A DNA stretch of 64,000 bases from an uncultured Rivularia sp. (GCA_963665115.1 OY762007.1:6848001-6912000); one strand, 5' to 3'. Shown: positions 10,837 to 22,719, counted from the first letter of the stretch. The notes: generated by a model from the sequence alone, not told the origin. Numbers and translations are program-made.

Positions 10837-11208
10837 TGAAATCAAAATACCGATGTTGGGTTACGACGCAATTTAAATTAATTGATTAATAATTAAATCT
10901 TGTCGTGCGTCTAACCCAACCTACCACTACTCTTGTGGGATGGGCATCCCTGCCCGTCCGAATGTACTGTCAAAACCCTGATCTTGGGTTACAACGCAAT
11001 TTTAATTAATTGATTAATAATTAAATCTTGTCGTGCGTCTAACCCAACCTACCACTAATTATTTCAATATTCCTTCCCGGATTCCTATATTATGATGGTG
11101 CGTCACGGTATTTTCGAGATTGTAATTTAAAGATTAAACATATTCGTACCGTGACAGCACCCTACGACTATAATCCATGAAATCAAAAGACTAATGTTGG
11201 GTTACGAT
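10837..11208. repeat. Cluster of REP-like units R3, R4, half-unit R5 and two other REP families
   Basis: R3 10837-10929; GTGGGATGGGCATCCCTGCCCGTCC about 10935-10959; R4 about 10970-11057; GGTGCGTCACGG...CCGTGACAGCACCCTAC about 11097-11165; R5 left arm only 11178-11208. Confidence 0.88.
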
Positions 11209-11231
11209 TGCTCACTGTTCACTGCTCACTG

Positions 11232-13467
11232 CTAAAGTTTCGGCAAAATCTCCGGCAACAACTGCCCTGGAACTTTAGACAAAGCTACGTTTTGTCCCTG
11301 AATTCCTAATTCCGAATGGAAGCCGCGAATTGTTTTGACTATATAACTAATTGTATTTTGATGGTTTTCTGATTCTTGATTCATTCCTGTTAGGGCTTGT
11401 AGATGATTATCTAATGCTTTTTCTAAATATTGGGAACGAATTTTTTTATCTTCTGTAAAAAATTTGTCTGTGCCTATTTGATAGTTTGCTAAACCTAAAT
11501 TATTATGAGTTGCGAACAAATCAAAGCTCAAAGATACACCTGTAAGTGAATGTGCTAAAGCTAAGGCTTCGTCGTAAGCTTCAATACACATTTTTAAATA
11601 ATTTAATTTCTCGTGTTTATCTGTATCTGGTTGATTTGCTAAGTGCCAATAAGCTGTACCCAAGTTATTTTGAGTTGCAGCACAAGCTGTGGGAACGTTG
11701 GCTGGTGTCCGATATTTTAAGGCTTCATTGTAAGCATTAATAGCTAATTGTAAGTATTCTACTTCTCGGTCGTATTGTGCAAGGTTCCAGTAAGCTGTAC
11801 CAATATTGTTTTGAATCATGCCGTATTTCAACGGTTCTTGATCGGAATTATAGTAAACTACTGCGTGTTCGTAAGCTACTACCGCTTGCTTTAAATTGAT
11901 TACGGGCTGATTGTATTGCGCTAAATGCCAGTAAGCCGTACCTAAATTATTTTGGCAAGCTGCATACTTTAATGGTTCCATTTCGGCAGTACGAAAACGT
12001 AGAGCTTCGCTATATGCTGTTACTGCATTTTGCCAGTTTTGATCTGGATTATTAAAACGAGCTAAATCGCCGTAAGCCGTGCCCAAATTATTTTGCACTC
12101 TGGCATAAGTTTCCGAATGGGTTTCTGGTGAAATTAATTTCAGGGCTAATTCGTAAAATTCAATACCTTGCTCGATATAAGCTGGCCCCCTCTTGAGAAT
12201 TGGGTGGAGTGCGGTACAGCATCCAATAAAGCGTACCTAAATCGTTCAATACGTCTGGCACGGAGGCTGAAGAATCATCATAAGAAATTGATTCCTGATA
12301 TGCCAGAATCGCCACCATCAAGTTTTCTAAAGTTGATTGTCCTTCTTCGATGCGGACGCGATATATATTTCCTAAACGATAATAAGCAGCCCCAATATCT
12401 TTTTCGTCAGCTTGTTGGGAATGTAAATCCTCAATTTCTTGCAGGATTTGCTGTACTTGTTCGTTTTGAAGAGGTGAGTCAACTATTGTGGTGCTAATCG
12501 TTGTTAATATTAGCTCGGTTAACTCTTTGCTAATGTGAGGCAAATCCGAGGCTGACGGAACAAGATTGCTCGAACTACTTTTTTGTAGCAGTTCGGTATT
12601 TTCCTCCTGCTGCATTCCAGGAGTAAATATTTCTAATTGCGATAGCGGATTTTCTTCTTTTACAGCAAAAGATTCCGTTGCTGATTCTAAGCGGTTTTCC
12701 GATCGTTGAGATGGTGGAAACTCAAAATCTTCCTCAAAATCTAAATCACTAGGAGGCGTTGTTAACTCTTCATTAATAGTGGGTTGTTCCACAGAGTCTA
12801 AATCTAAACTTCTCTGAACGGCAAAACGTCGTGCTGCACTTCTATTGGGACTTGTTGGAGTTGGTTCTCCAGCAAACAAAAATACACCCGTTCGAGAACG
12901 CCAGAACTGTGGCGCAGACTGTTGAATTGCACGCAACCACGGACGTGGAACCCATAGTAACAAGCTTGAATCTAAAAATCTGCTATCTGCTTGACTTGAC
13001 AGTTGCTGTTCTGTCAAACGCAGGTAATGTAAAAATAAACGTTGTATGGCAACAGGTTGTCTAGTTAACTGTTCCGTACCCACCATTTGAAATGACGGAA
13101 TAGGCAAAGCCTTACCCGGCACATCTTTGGAACCACCAACAACTGGCGGAGGATAATTACTTAACCATTGATTTATTTGCGCTATGGGATTTGGATCGTT
13201 TAAATTCAACCGTAAAGTGACTAATCGCGGATAAGCTGGTGTACTAGCTTCAGATTGCGTATCAATTGGCTGATACAGAACCTGTCCTACCGGATATGCC
13301 AAAGTTGAATGCAAACGAGCCGCTACCTGATTTCTCAGGTTTAAATCATCACATACCGCTATGAAAATTTGTCTTCGCAAGTTGAGTCCCAAAGCAAGTT
13401 TCAAGCGGTGATATACTTGCCGGTTCCAACTAGAATTATTAGAGTTTACAGTATCGTTTAAGCTCAT
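11232..13467 (-). CDS. Tetratricopeptide-repeat protein, one gene split by a +1 frameshift near 12186
   Basis: Removing one G from GGGGG joins the 435-aa and 288-aa ORFs through AYIEQGIEFYELAL...YARVQNNLG; repeated QNNLGTAY TPR motifs. Confidence 0.85.
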
Positions 13468-13820
13468 AGCGGCTCATCATCAGCCAAATGCAGTTTACCG
13501 AAAGTACTCCTAAAAAATGGGGAAACCTTCTTACAAAGCCTCTCTGTAAAAATAAGGTTCCGTCCATTCTTTATAGAGAAATTATTATCTTCCCAAAAAT
13601 GGGTATATATAAGCAGCAACCTTAGTTGTGACTATGACTACGGTTTTCAAGTATTTATTGCATTGTTCAGGAAAAATCCGCTCTTTCAGGTTTCACTGAG
13701 TAAAAAGTTTTATTTTATACTTTTGAATCTCTGGCATTCTAACAAATAAAAAATCAGGCTCCTTTAAAAAATGGAACCTGTTATACCAAAAGTAAATAAA
13801 TTTTTCGTATTTAACTTTTC

Positions 13821-14000
13821 TTAAGCAGCATTAGACACTGAGAAGGCTACAAAAAATACGCCGCCAAGCAATGCAAGAGCAGCAACTCCCAGCACAACAT
13901 AGGTTATTTGTTGTTTTTTATTAGGAGGATCGGCCTTGTAAACCTTTGGTTCGCGAGCGAAATTATTTAAGAGGCCGCCTTCTTCTTTGGTATAGGGCAT
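13821..14000 (-). CDS. psb34: Photosystem II assembly factor Psb34 (Ssl1498 family), 59 aa
   Basis: MPYTKEEGGLLNNFAREPKVYKADPP followed by a TM helix; not in the ORF track. Confidence 0.9.
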   Translation of the reverse strand: MPYTKEEGGLLNNFAREPKVYKADPPNKKQQITYVVLGVAALALLGGVFFVAFSVSNAA

Positions 14001-14069
14001 AAATTAACATCCTTCTTATTGTCTTCGTATTATTTTACATTACGAGTGTAAGCGGTCTTTATCTGAAGT

Positions 14070-14302
14070 GGGAATGGGGCATTGGGCATTGGGCATTGGG
14101 CATTGGGAATTGGTAATTGGGAATTGGTAATAGTTAGGAGTTAGGAGTAGGGAGTAGGGAGTTAGGAGTAGGGAGTAGGGAGTAGGGAGTAGGGAGTAGG
14201 GAGTAGGGAGTTAGGAGTTAGGAGTTAGGAGTTTTTTATCTCCTTGTCCCCCTCTCTTCCCCCTCTTCCCCCTCTTCCCCCTCTTCCCCCTCTTCCCCCT
14301 CT
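14070..14302. repeat. Composite STRR tract (GGCATTG, GGAATTG, TAGGGAG, CCCCTCTTC)
   Basis: Consecutive tandem 7-mer and 9-mer arrays between thiG and psb34. Confidence 0.92.
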
Positions 14303-16375
14303 CTAACTAACCGTTCCCGTCAAAGGAGAGGAAGCACTGGCATAATCCTTCATTGGCATTCTTCCGGATAGATATGCTAATCTTCCGGCTACTGCTGCCA
14401 TGCTCATGGCTCGTGCCATTGCGGGTGGGTTTTTTGCTCGGGCGATCGCACTGTTAATTAATAAAGCGTCTGCGCCCATTTCCATTGCTTGGGCTGCTTC
14501 GGATGGGGCACCTATTCCGGCATCTACTACTACTGGAATGTTGGCGTTTTCGATAATAATTTTGATGTTGGCGGTGGTTTGCAATCCTTGTCCGGAACCT
14601 ATGGGGGCTGCTAAGGGCATTACTGTTGCACAACCGACTTCTTCTAGGCGTTTTGCTAGCATCGGATCGGCGTTTATGTAGGGGAGTACGGCGAAGCCTT
14701 CTTTTACCAGTTGTTCGGCGGCTTGCAGGGTACCGATAGGATCTGGAAGTAAATATTTTGCGTCGGGAATTACTTCTAATTTGACAAAGTTATTATCTTC
14801 TTGTCCGAGAATTTTCGCCATTTCTCTTCCCAAACGGGCTACGCGAATTGCTTCTTCTGCGGTTTTACATCCTGCTGTATTGGGTAACATCCATATTTTG
14901 TTCCAGTCTAAGGCTTCTGCTAAACCTTCATGTCCGGGAGCATTGGTTTGAACTCTGCGTACTGCAACTGTAACTATTTGGCATTCGCTCTTCTCTACGC
15001 TTTGCTGCATCTCGGCAATATTTCGATATTTACCCGTACCTGTCATTAAGCGCGATGTAAATTCTTTACCAGCAATAATTAGTTTGGCATCTTGAATAGA
15101 ATCTTGAACTGGTAACTCAGCTAGATCGTTTTTTTGCGAAGACAGTGAAGAGGTATTGCCGTTGGAATTAACCTTATATGTCAGCATGGGGGTAGTAGAT
15201 GTTGAATTATGGAAGCGTGAATAATGGAAGCTAGCTAATAAATCGGATTTTTCGGATTTTTCTTCTAAAATTAAATCGGCAAGTAATTGTGCTGTAATCG
15301 GTGTTAGCAGAATACCATTGCGATGATGACCAGTGGCAAATATTAAGTTTTTGCACCAGCTATTACCAAGAATGGGTAACTCGTCGGGAGTAGCGGGACG
15401 AAATCCACACCACAATTCTTCGATGGGATAATTTTGCAGTTGGGGATATAGCCGGATAGCTCCTTGAAGTAAAGTTTGAATGCCTAAAGGTGTATTTCCA
15501 GGAGTAAAACCCACATCTTCACTGGTAGCTCCAATTATGATTCTTCCATCGCGTCTGGGTACGATGTAGACATTATCTCCATACAATACTCTACTCAAAG
15601 GTAATTCCGAGCCAGAGAATGGTAGTTTGACGCTCAACATTTGTCCTTTGACAGGACGCACGGGTAAAGGCAATAATTCACTAGACCAAGCTCCCGTTGC
15701 TAACACGTATTTAGAAGCGCGAAACGTGCCAGCATCCGTTTGTACGCCCTTGACTTCTCCCTGCTGTTGAATAATTCCTTTTACGGTAATACCTTCAGTA
15801 ATTTCAACACCAAGATTTTCAGCAGCATTTAAAAGAGTTTGAAATAAAGCGCGATTATCAACTTGACCATCTTCAGGGTACCACCAACCGCCGATTACTT
15901 CTTCACTTAATCCCGGTTGGTATTGATGGATTGCTTGTTTATCTAACCAGTATTGATTGGAGGGGGTAGAGGGGGTAGAATTTCCGACATTATCTCCTTG
16001 TCCCCTTGTCTCCCTTCGGGTTGCGCCACTTGCTACAACGGGGGGAACCTCCGCAACGCAGTGGCTTACCTTGTCTCCTTCTCCAAAAACCGGGGCCAAA
16101 ATACCGCAAGCCCAATAACCAGTATCTAAACCTGTAATTTCTTCTAATTTTCTCGTCCAATCTGGATATAAATATAGCGAACGATTGCACAATTGCAGCA
16201 TAGCCGTGTTGGCAATTCCTTCGGCAGAAGGTGCGAGCATTCCGGCTGCGGCTGTGGCTGCTGCTGCTTTGTTGTTTCGGCTTATCGCAGTGACTTTTGC
16301 ACCGCGTAGTTTGAGTTCAATGGCTGTTGCTAAGCCGATAACACCGCCACCAATAATTAAAATCTCACTAGTCAT
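14303..16375 (-). CDS. thiG: Glycine oxidase ThiO / thiazole synthase ThiG fusion
   Basis: N-terminal GGGVIG...AAAGML...GHHRNGILL (ThiO); C-terminal [34 protein letters not shown] (ThiG). Confidence 0.95.
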   Translation of the reverse strand: MTSEILIIGGGVIGLATAIELKLRGAKVTAISRNNKAAAATAAAGMLAPSAEGIANTAMLQLCNRSLYLYPDWTRKLEEITGLDTGYWACGILAPVFGEGDKVSHCVAEVPPVVASGATRRETRGQGDNVGNSTPSTPSNQYWLDKQAIHQYQPGLSEEVIGGWWYPEDGQVDNRALFQTLLNAAENLGVEITEGITVKGIIQQQGEVKGVQTDAGTFRASKYVLATGAWSSELLPLPVRPVKGQMLSVKLPFSGSELPLSRVLYGDNVYIVPRRDGRIIIGATSEDVGFTPGNTPLGIQTLLQGAIRLYPQLQNYPIEELWCGFRPATPDELPILGNSWCKNLIFATGHHRNGILLTPITAQLLADLILEEKSEKSDLLASFHYSRFHNSTSTTPMLTYKVNSNGNTSSLSSQKNDLAELPVQDSIQDAKLIIAGKEFTSRLMTGTGKYRNIAEMQQSVEKSECQIVTVAVRRVQTNAPGHEGLAEALDWNKIWMLPNTAGCKTAEEAIRVARLGREMAKILGQEDNNFVKLEVIPDAKYLLPDPIGTLQAAEQLVKEGFAVLPYINADPMLAKRLEEVGCATVMPLAAPIGSGQGLQTTANIKIIIENANIPVVVDAGIGAPSEAAQAMEMGADALLINSAIARAKNPPAMARAMSMAAVAGRLAYLSGRMPMKDYASASSPLTGTVS
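16004..16078. repeat. SDR-like hairpin inserted in frame within the ThiO coding region
   Basis: GCCACTTGCTACAACGGGGGGAACCTCCGCAACGCAGTGGC flanked by CCTTGTCTCC direct repeats. Confidence 0.8.
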
Positions 16376-16614
16376 CGATCGGGCAGTTATTAGTTGTTAG
16401 TTATAAATAACTAGTAACAAATAACTAGTAACTTCGAGACAATTTGTGAAGTAAATCTTAAGCTCTTGATGGTATGGTCAAAACTGGGTTTTTGATAGAA
16501 AAGGTATGAGATAATTCAATACCCCCTCAAGCGCAAACCCCCAGTAATGTTTTTAGTGTTCGCTTTCCCAATAACCATCTACATCCGATAACTGCTAACT
16601 GCTAACTGGCATTT

Positions 16615-16983
16615 TTACCATAAAGCGCGAATTGGGGCATTATTACCAGATGTGTTTCTTTGACTGTTGCTTGGTGATTGTGCCGTAGAACCAGTTCCAG
16701 ATGTGCTGCCTTGAGCGGTTGTTGTCGCACTGCGGATAATTGTTGAGTCAGTATCGCTGTCGTTCTGGGCAACGCTTTCCTGGCCGCTTTGTCCAGAAGA
16801 GCCACCATCACCAGTAGCGGTACTATTAACATTAATATTGGCTGGAAGAACTTGCGATTCTCTTCTCTTTGCAGGATTTTCTGCGGTGTTGCGTCCGTCC
16901 ATAGGAAAATTAATTCCTAACAATGTGCCTAGCAAGATCGCCAAGCCTCCAGCCATCAAAATTAAAGGTGTCCATCTACCCAT
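16615..16983 (-). CDS. Hypothetical protein, N-terminal TM anchor and low-complexity tail
   Basis: 122 aa; AAAGGAG RBS upstream; ends PIRALW. Confidence 0.75.
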   Translation of the reverse strand: MGRWTPLILMAGGLAILLGTLLGINFPMDGRNTAENPAKRRESQVLPANINVNSTATGDGGSSGQSGQESVAQNDSDTDSTIIRSATTTAQGSTSGTGSTAQSPSNSQRNTSGNNAPIRALW

Positions 16984-17403
16984 TTTCTGTTTTATCTCCT
17001 TTTCAAACGAAATGGTATCTTGTATTACTTACCGATCTCTCAATTTTCCGGAATCTGAAAAAGACGGCTTTTGACTTATGTCAAAAATTTTTCAGTTAGT
17101 CAAATCGTTCGTTCTGCGAACGTTGGATTTGAACTATACAGCTATTGCAGTCTGTAAACTTACTCTTATTACTAACAGTTGATTGTTAATTACTGTATTC
17201 ACTGCTGTTATAAAGGTCAATGCCATTTTGCTGCATGATTAAAAATTTAGCCTTAGACTTACAAACTGCAACACGCTCGATTGCATAGAAATATTGTCTT
17301 AGATTGAGCTAAAAGAACAGGCATCTTACGTTACCAAACTGGCAATTTATTGTTGTATATTGACACATTGCCATCTTCAGTTGTTGCTCTACTCTCTATA
17401 ATT

Positions 17404-19012
17404 ATGACCGTAAATTCCTCACATCAACTTTGGATCTACGACACCACGCTACGAGATGGTACTCAGCGTGAAGGTTTATCAGTTTCGCTGGAAGATAAAT
17501 TACGTATCGCAAGAAGACTAGATGAACTGGGAATTCCTTTTATTGAAGGTGGTTGGCCTGGGGCTAACCCTAAAGACGTACAGCTTTTTTGGCAATTGCA
17601 AGAACAACCGCTTAAACAAGCTCAAATTGTTCCTTTTTGCTCGACTAGACGACCGAACAAATCGGCAAGTACCGAACCAATGCTGCAAGCTATTCTTGCG
17701 GCAAATACTTTGTGGGTAACTATTTTTGGTAAGTCCTGGGATTTACACGTTACCGAAGGTCTGAAAACAAGTTTAGCAGAAAATTTAGAAATGATTCGCG
17801 ATACTATCGAGTATCTTCGCGGTCAAAATCGTCGCGTTATATACGATGCGGAACACTGGTTTGATGGTTACAAAAACAATCCCGATTATGCTTTACAAAC
17901 TATAAAAACTGCTATTGCTGCTGGTGCCGAATGGTTGGTTTTATGCGATACAAATGGCGGTACTTTACCTCACGAAGTTTCTCAGATAGTTACCGATGTA
18001 ATTAAAAACTGTCCTCAAGATATTCAATTAGGTATTCACACTCATAACGACTCGGATACGGCGATCGCCAATGCTTTAGCTGGGGTAATGGCAGGCGTGC
18101 AGATGGTACAAGGTACAATTAACGGATATGGCGAACGCTGCGGTAATGCCAATCTTTGTTCTTTGATTCCGAATTTACAATTAAAGTTGGGTTACAACTG
18201 CATTACTCCTAAAGGGCTATCTCAACTTGGGAGCGCTAGTCGGTTTGTCAGTGAAGTAGTCAACCTTGCTCCTGACGATCACGCTCCTTTTGTCGGACGT
18301 TCGGCTTTTGCTCATAAAGGGGGTATTCATGTATCGGCAGTGCAAAGAAATCCGCTGACATACGAACACATCGAACCAGAAAAAGTCGGCAATTGTCGTC
18401 GCATAGTAATTTCCGAACAAGCAGGAGTCAGCAACGTTTTAATGAAAGCCCGTGGATTTGGCATTGAACTTGATAAAAACCATCCAGCAACGCGGGAAAT
18501 ATTACAGCGTCTTAAAGAATTAGAAAGTCAAGGATATCAATTTGAAGCAGCAGAAGCTAGTTTTGAATTATTGATGCGTGAAGCTCTGCAAACTCGTCCT
18601 TCCTGGTTTCAAGTCAAAGGCTTTCAAATTCACTGCGATTTAGGAAAAATCTTAGAAACGACCAAAGCTCTGGCAACAGTTAAAGTCGCCGTTAACAACG
18701 AAGATATTTGGGAAGCAGCCGAAGGAAACGGGGCCAGTTGCAGCATTAGACGCAGCTTTACGTAAAGCTTTGATTAAATTCTATCCGCAAATCGAGACAT
18801 TTGAACTAACAGATTACAAAGTCAGAATTCTCAACGGACACACCGGAACCTCAGCCACCACCCGCGCAATGGTGGAACTAGGAAATGGCACTCAACGCTG
18901 GACAACAATAGGAGTTTCTAACAATATATTAGAAGCCTCTTATCAAGCAGTAGTTGAAGGATTGGAATACGGTTTACTTTTACACTCGCAATTGAATGTT
19001 GAAGTTGGGTAA
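17404..19012 (+). CDS. cimA: Citramalate synthase (LeuA-like), split by a +1 frameshift near 18731
   Basis: DTTLRDGTQ, EGGWPGANPKD, FGKSW, DAEHWFDG, HTHND, GERCGN, FAHKGG. Deleting one G restores EGNGPVAALDAALRKAL and joins the 80-aa tail (DYKVRIL). Confidence 0.92.
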
Positions 19013-19210
19013 TGGGTAATGGGGGATTGGGCATTGGGTATAGGGCATAGGGCATTGGGGATGGGAAGAAGGGAAATAATGGGATAAAGACGATCTTAAT
19101 ATGCAGACCTTTGACCTGAATAAATATTCACAACTCCCAGCTCCCAACTCCCAACTATGCCCAATGCCCAATGCCCTATGCCCTATGCCCCATTCCCCAT
19201 TCCCAACTTA

Positions 19211-19441
19211 TTAAATATTGTCCCAAGCTTGGGCTACGACTTGACTTAACCAACGACGTTGCTGTTTATCAAGTACGGCATCTTCTGCTAAAAGTTGATT
19301 TGTTAATTCTTCTAATGATTGACCTTGAGAACGGACTAATTTTATTACGCCTGCTATTGCTACAGCAACAAGTTCCTCATCAACCGGCTGTTGCTTCATA
19401 GCAAATATTTCTTGAGGGTTATCTGGGATGGGATAATTCAT
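19211..19441 (-). CDS. Conserved cyanobacterial hypothetical protein
   Basis: 76 aa ORF with protein-like helical pattern (VDEELVAVAIAGVI...WLSQVV). Confidence 0.75.
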   Translation of the reverse strand: MNYPIPDNPQEIFAMKQQPVDEELVAVAIAGVIKLVRSQGQSLEELTNQLLAEDAVLDKQQRRWLSQVVAQAWDNI

Positions 19442-19598
19442 GGCGTGTGTGTGAATAATTAAAGGAACAAAAAAACTTGCAAACTCTTAAACTTTCTTTA
19501 CAGAATATTTATTCAACTGATAGGGCGGAGTGTACCGTGATTTACGACTTTCTTAAATCTGTCTTAATGAGTAGATTTTGGGGAAATTGCCAACAAAA

Positions 19599-21710
19599 AT
19601 GAAAGAAATTCTTTACTTAGAAATCCCAACGACTGATACAGCAGTAGTAAGGAACTGGTTACAAACTGAATTTGAACCGGGAACTTATAACAAAATATTA
19701 ACGTCTGATGGCATTCGCTTGAAGTCGTCCGATACTACAGCTGTTGTTGCAGATATTACGGAAAAGTTACCTAACGAATTATCCGTATTCCTGTGGAATG
19801 TGCAGCGAACCACGTATTTAAAGGTGTTTCGATGGGGCGATAAATTTCCACAAGAGACACAAATTTTACAGAAGCTCACTAATCAGATACATAATCGCTT
19901 TCCTCATCATTATCCCGAACCACCAGCGATTGATTTGTCCAAAGAATCAATCTTTGAAGCTTTAGCTGATTATTATCCTCTTACCGTTAAGTATTTTCAG
20001 AAAATGCCTAACGGAGAATACGATCTCAACCGCGCTTATTGGTGGGAACAACGTTGGCGCGAAGGTGTAAGGAATCCCAAAGAGCCGAGGCAAGTTATCT
20101 TTTCGCATGAAGGAAGTTTGGGAGATAGGGAGAAAGAATTTTCCCCCTCCCCCACTTCTACTTACGACTTAATCTACATCGGCGGTGCATTGGGAGTTAT
20201 TCATGCGGCGGTGATGGCTCGATTAGGCTATAAAGTGCTGTTGCTCGAACGCTTGCCTTTTGGAAAGATGAATCGGGAGTGGAATATTTCCCGTTTAGAA
20301 ATTCAAAGTTTGGTAAATTTGGGTTTACTGACTTCTGCTGAAGTGGAATCAATTATTGCCCGAGAGTATAAAGACGGATTTAATAAATTTTTTGATGCTT
20401 ATATTCCCGATCAACTCAAAGCTCCAATTCTACATACACCAACAGTTTTAAACATAGCCCTGAAGTCAGAAAAATTACTTAAACTGTGTGGCGATAAACT
20501 GCAAGCAGCAGGCGGCGATATTTGGGATGAAACGGAGTTTATCAAAGCTGATATTGATGCATCTCAAGTTATTTTGACGGTAAAAGATTTACCATCGCAA
20601 AACCAACATCTTGTTAGTGGAAGATTGCTAGTAGATGCAATGGGAACGGCATCACCGATTGCATGGCAACTCAATCCAAAACGCGCTTTTGATAGCGTAT
20701 GTCCGACAGTCGGAGCAGTTGTCGAAAGCGGATTTGAGCCTCAAGTCTGGGATTCAAAATACGGTGATGTTCTTAACAGTCATGGAGATGTTTCGCGGGG
20801 AAGACAGTTAATTTGGGAATTATTTCCTGGAGAAAACGAAGAATTAACTATTTACTTGTTTCACTATCACCAGGTAAATGCTGAGAATCCCGGTTCCTTA
20901 ATGGAAATGTACGAAGACTTTTTTACCATCTTGCCAGAATATCGTCGTTGCGATATGGACAAATTAACCTGGAAAAAACCTACGTTCGGATATATACCGG
21001 GACATTTCAGTGTAGGAAGTCGCGATCGCACTGTTGCTTTTAATCGTTTAATCGCAATTGGTGATGCGGCATCGCTCCAGTCTCCTTTAGTATTTACCGG
21101 CTTTGGTTCCTTAGTTCGCAATTTAGAAAGATTAACGCAACTTTTAGATACAGCGCTCAAGCACGACTTACTTTCTGCAAAGCATCTCAATCAAATTCGC
21201 GCTTTCCAAAATAATATTGCCGTAACTTGGATGTTTTCTAAAGGTATGATGGTTCCCACCGGAAAATTTATACCGCCAGAACGCATCAACGCCATGCTGA
21301 ATAACTTCTTTGGGTTATTAGCTGACGAGCCTATAGAAGTTGCCGATAATTTCATTAAAGATAGATTTAATCTATCAACTTTCAATCGACTTGCATTAAA
21401 AGCAGCGAAGAAAAACCCCGCATTACTCTTGTGGATTTGGCAACTTGCGGGTGCAAAAGATTTACTTAGATGGGTTGGTAACTACATCGACTTTACTCGC
21501 CACAGCATAGTTAGCGCCGTATTTGGTAAATGGTTCGGGAAACTTGTCCGCCAGATACAGCCAAAGCTAGAACCTCGCTTTCCTGCATTGTGGTTGCGAC
21601 TTTTAGCCATGAATTATGCACTTAACGCTGGTAAAGCACTTTCCCAAAACCAAAATTATCAACCCAAAGTTGAAAGTAATCAGTTGACAGTTGACAGTGT
21701 AGAGACGTAG
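19599..21710 (+). CDS. cruA: FAD-dependent oxidoreductase, CruA-type lycopene cyclase
   Basis: YDLIYIGGALG, NREWNIS, DAMGTASPIA, GDAASLQSPLVFTGFGS; about 700 aa with the N-terminal extension seen in CruA rather than CruP. Confidence 0.75.
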   Translation: MKEILYLEIPTTDTAVVRNWLQTEFEPGTYNKILTSDGIRLKSSDTTAVVADITEKLPNELSVFLWNVQRTTYLKVFRWGDKFPQETQILQKLTNQIHNRFPHHYPEPPAIDLSKESIFEALADYYPLTVKYFQKMPNGEYDLNRAYWWEQRWREGVRNPKEPRQVIFSHEGSLGDREKEFSPSPTSTYDLIYIGGALGVIHAAVMARLGYKVLLLERLPFGKMNREWNISRLEIQSLVNLGLLTSAEVESIIAREYKDGFNKFFDAYIPDQLKAPILHTPTVLNIALKSEKLLKLCGDKLQAAGGDIWDETEFIKADIDASQVILTVKDLPSQNQHLVSGRLLVDAMGTASPIAWQLNPKRAFDSVCPTVGAVVESGFEPQVWDSKYGDVLNSHGDVSRGRQLIWELFPGENEELTIYLFHYHQVNAENPGSLMEMYEDFFTILPEYRRCDMDKLTWKKPTFGYIPGHFSVGSRDRTVAFNRLIAIGDAASLQSPLVFTGFGSLVRNLERLTQLLDTALKHDLLSAKHLNQIRAFQNNIAVTWMFSKGMMVPTGKFIPPERINAMLNNFFGLLADEPIEVADNFIKDRFNLSTFNRLALKAAKKNPALLLWIWQLAGAKDLLRWVGNYIDFTRHSIVSAVFGKWFGKLVRQIQPKLEPRFPALWLRLLAMNYALNAGKALSQNQNYQPKVESNQLTVDSVET

Positions 21711-22014
21711 CAATGCTACGTCTGATTGTACGGTGCGTTACGACTTTGGTCTAACGCACCAAAATTTATCTGTATTTTACTTCAGTGAAAACCGCTATAA
21801 TTTTAATTACTTGTGTAAATATTGATTATTATCTAATCGATTAAAAAAACACTAATTTTGGTTTGTTTTATTTACAGAACTTAGGCATGAATTACGCGGT
21901 TACGTCATTACGAACGAAGTGAAGTAATCGCAAAGTTTTGTTTTTCTCGCAAATGTGTAAGCCCTAATTTAAACTGATATATAATTTATACCTTTATAGC
22001 TATCAAACCTCTAC

Positions 22015-22637
22015 GTGACAACAGTTAACGATTCACAGTTTAAAAGCTATTTAGAAGCCATCAGCGAAAATTATAAATGCTGGTGGAATCTCTACACGTT
22101 GACAGATGCCGAAGGTAAGAAAAAGCAAGAAAAGCAAGAAAAAGAACAGCTTTCATCACCTTTTGATTTTGGGTTGATGGTGCATAGCGTGGAAACCCAA
22201 ACAAAAACAAGAAAAGCAAGAACAAGAAAAGCAAGAGAAAGAAAAACAAGAGAAAGAAAAACAAGAGAAAGAAAAAATAGAACGTTTACCTGTGTTAGAA
22301 GGTATTCGTAAATACGCTAATAATCATGTGTTGTTAGTGGGTAAACCAGGCTCGGGTAAATCGACGGCTTTAGCACGGTTATTGTTGGAAGATGCACAAG
22401 CGGCAAGTTCAAGAAACCACACAACCATTCCTGTACTTGTAGAATTACGCTATTGGCATGAACCAGCCGATTCAAGATACATCCGCAATCAAGTTTGCTG
22501 AAGGTTTTTATGATGGATTGGGCTATGATTCGGAAAAGCAAGATATGTTTCAAAGAGCTTTTCAAGAAGGTTTAGTCGCGATTAAATTAGATAATATTTC
22601 TCAAGCTGAGATTCCAGTTATGAAAAAAAAATATTAA
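22015..22637 (+). pseudogene. Internally deleted remnant: NACHT-like NTPase start fused to a CHAT-domain C-terminus
   Basis: Walker A GKPGSGKST and IPVLVELRYW, then in another frame NYAIGMNQPIQDTSAIKFAEGFYDGLG...AFQEGLVAI to a stop at 22637. Also a frameshift near 22195 before the EKQEK repeats. Confidence 0.75.
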
Positions 22638-22719
22638 AACAAAATTAAATTATCAAATAAATTAACAAAACAAAGACGTAGCAATGCTACGTCTCTACAC
22701 CCCTAGCTTTTAATCCCCA

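Noticed and set aside
9142..11208. Possible CRISPR array or classical integron
   Set aside because: Units are ~90 bp with variable interiors and irregular spacing, lack the GTTRRRY/RYYYAAC cores, and no cas or intI gene is present.
18980..19401. Short ORFs 18980-19171 and 19171-19401
   Set aside because: They translate STRR tracts or lie antisense to the 76-aa gene.
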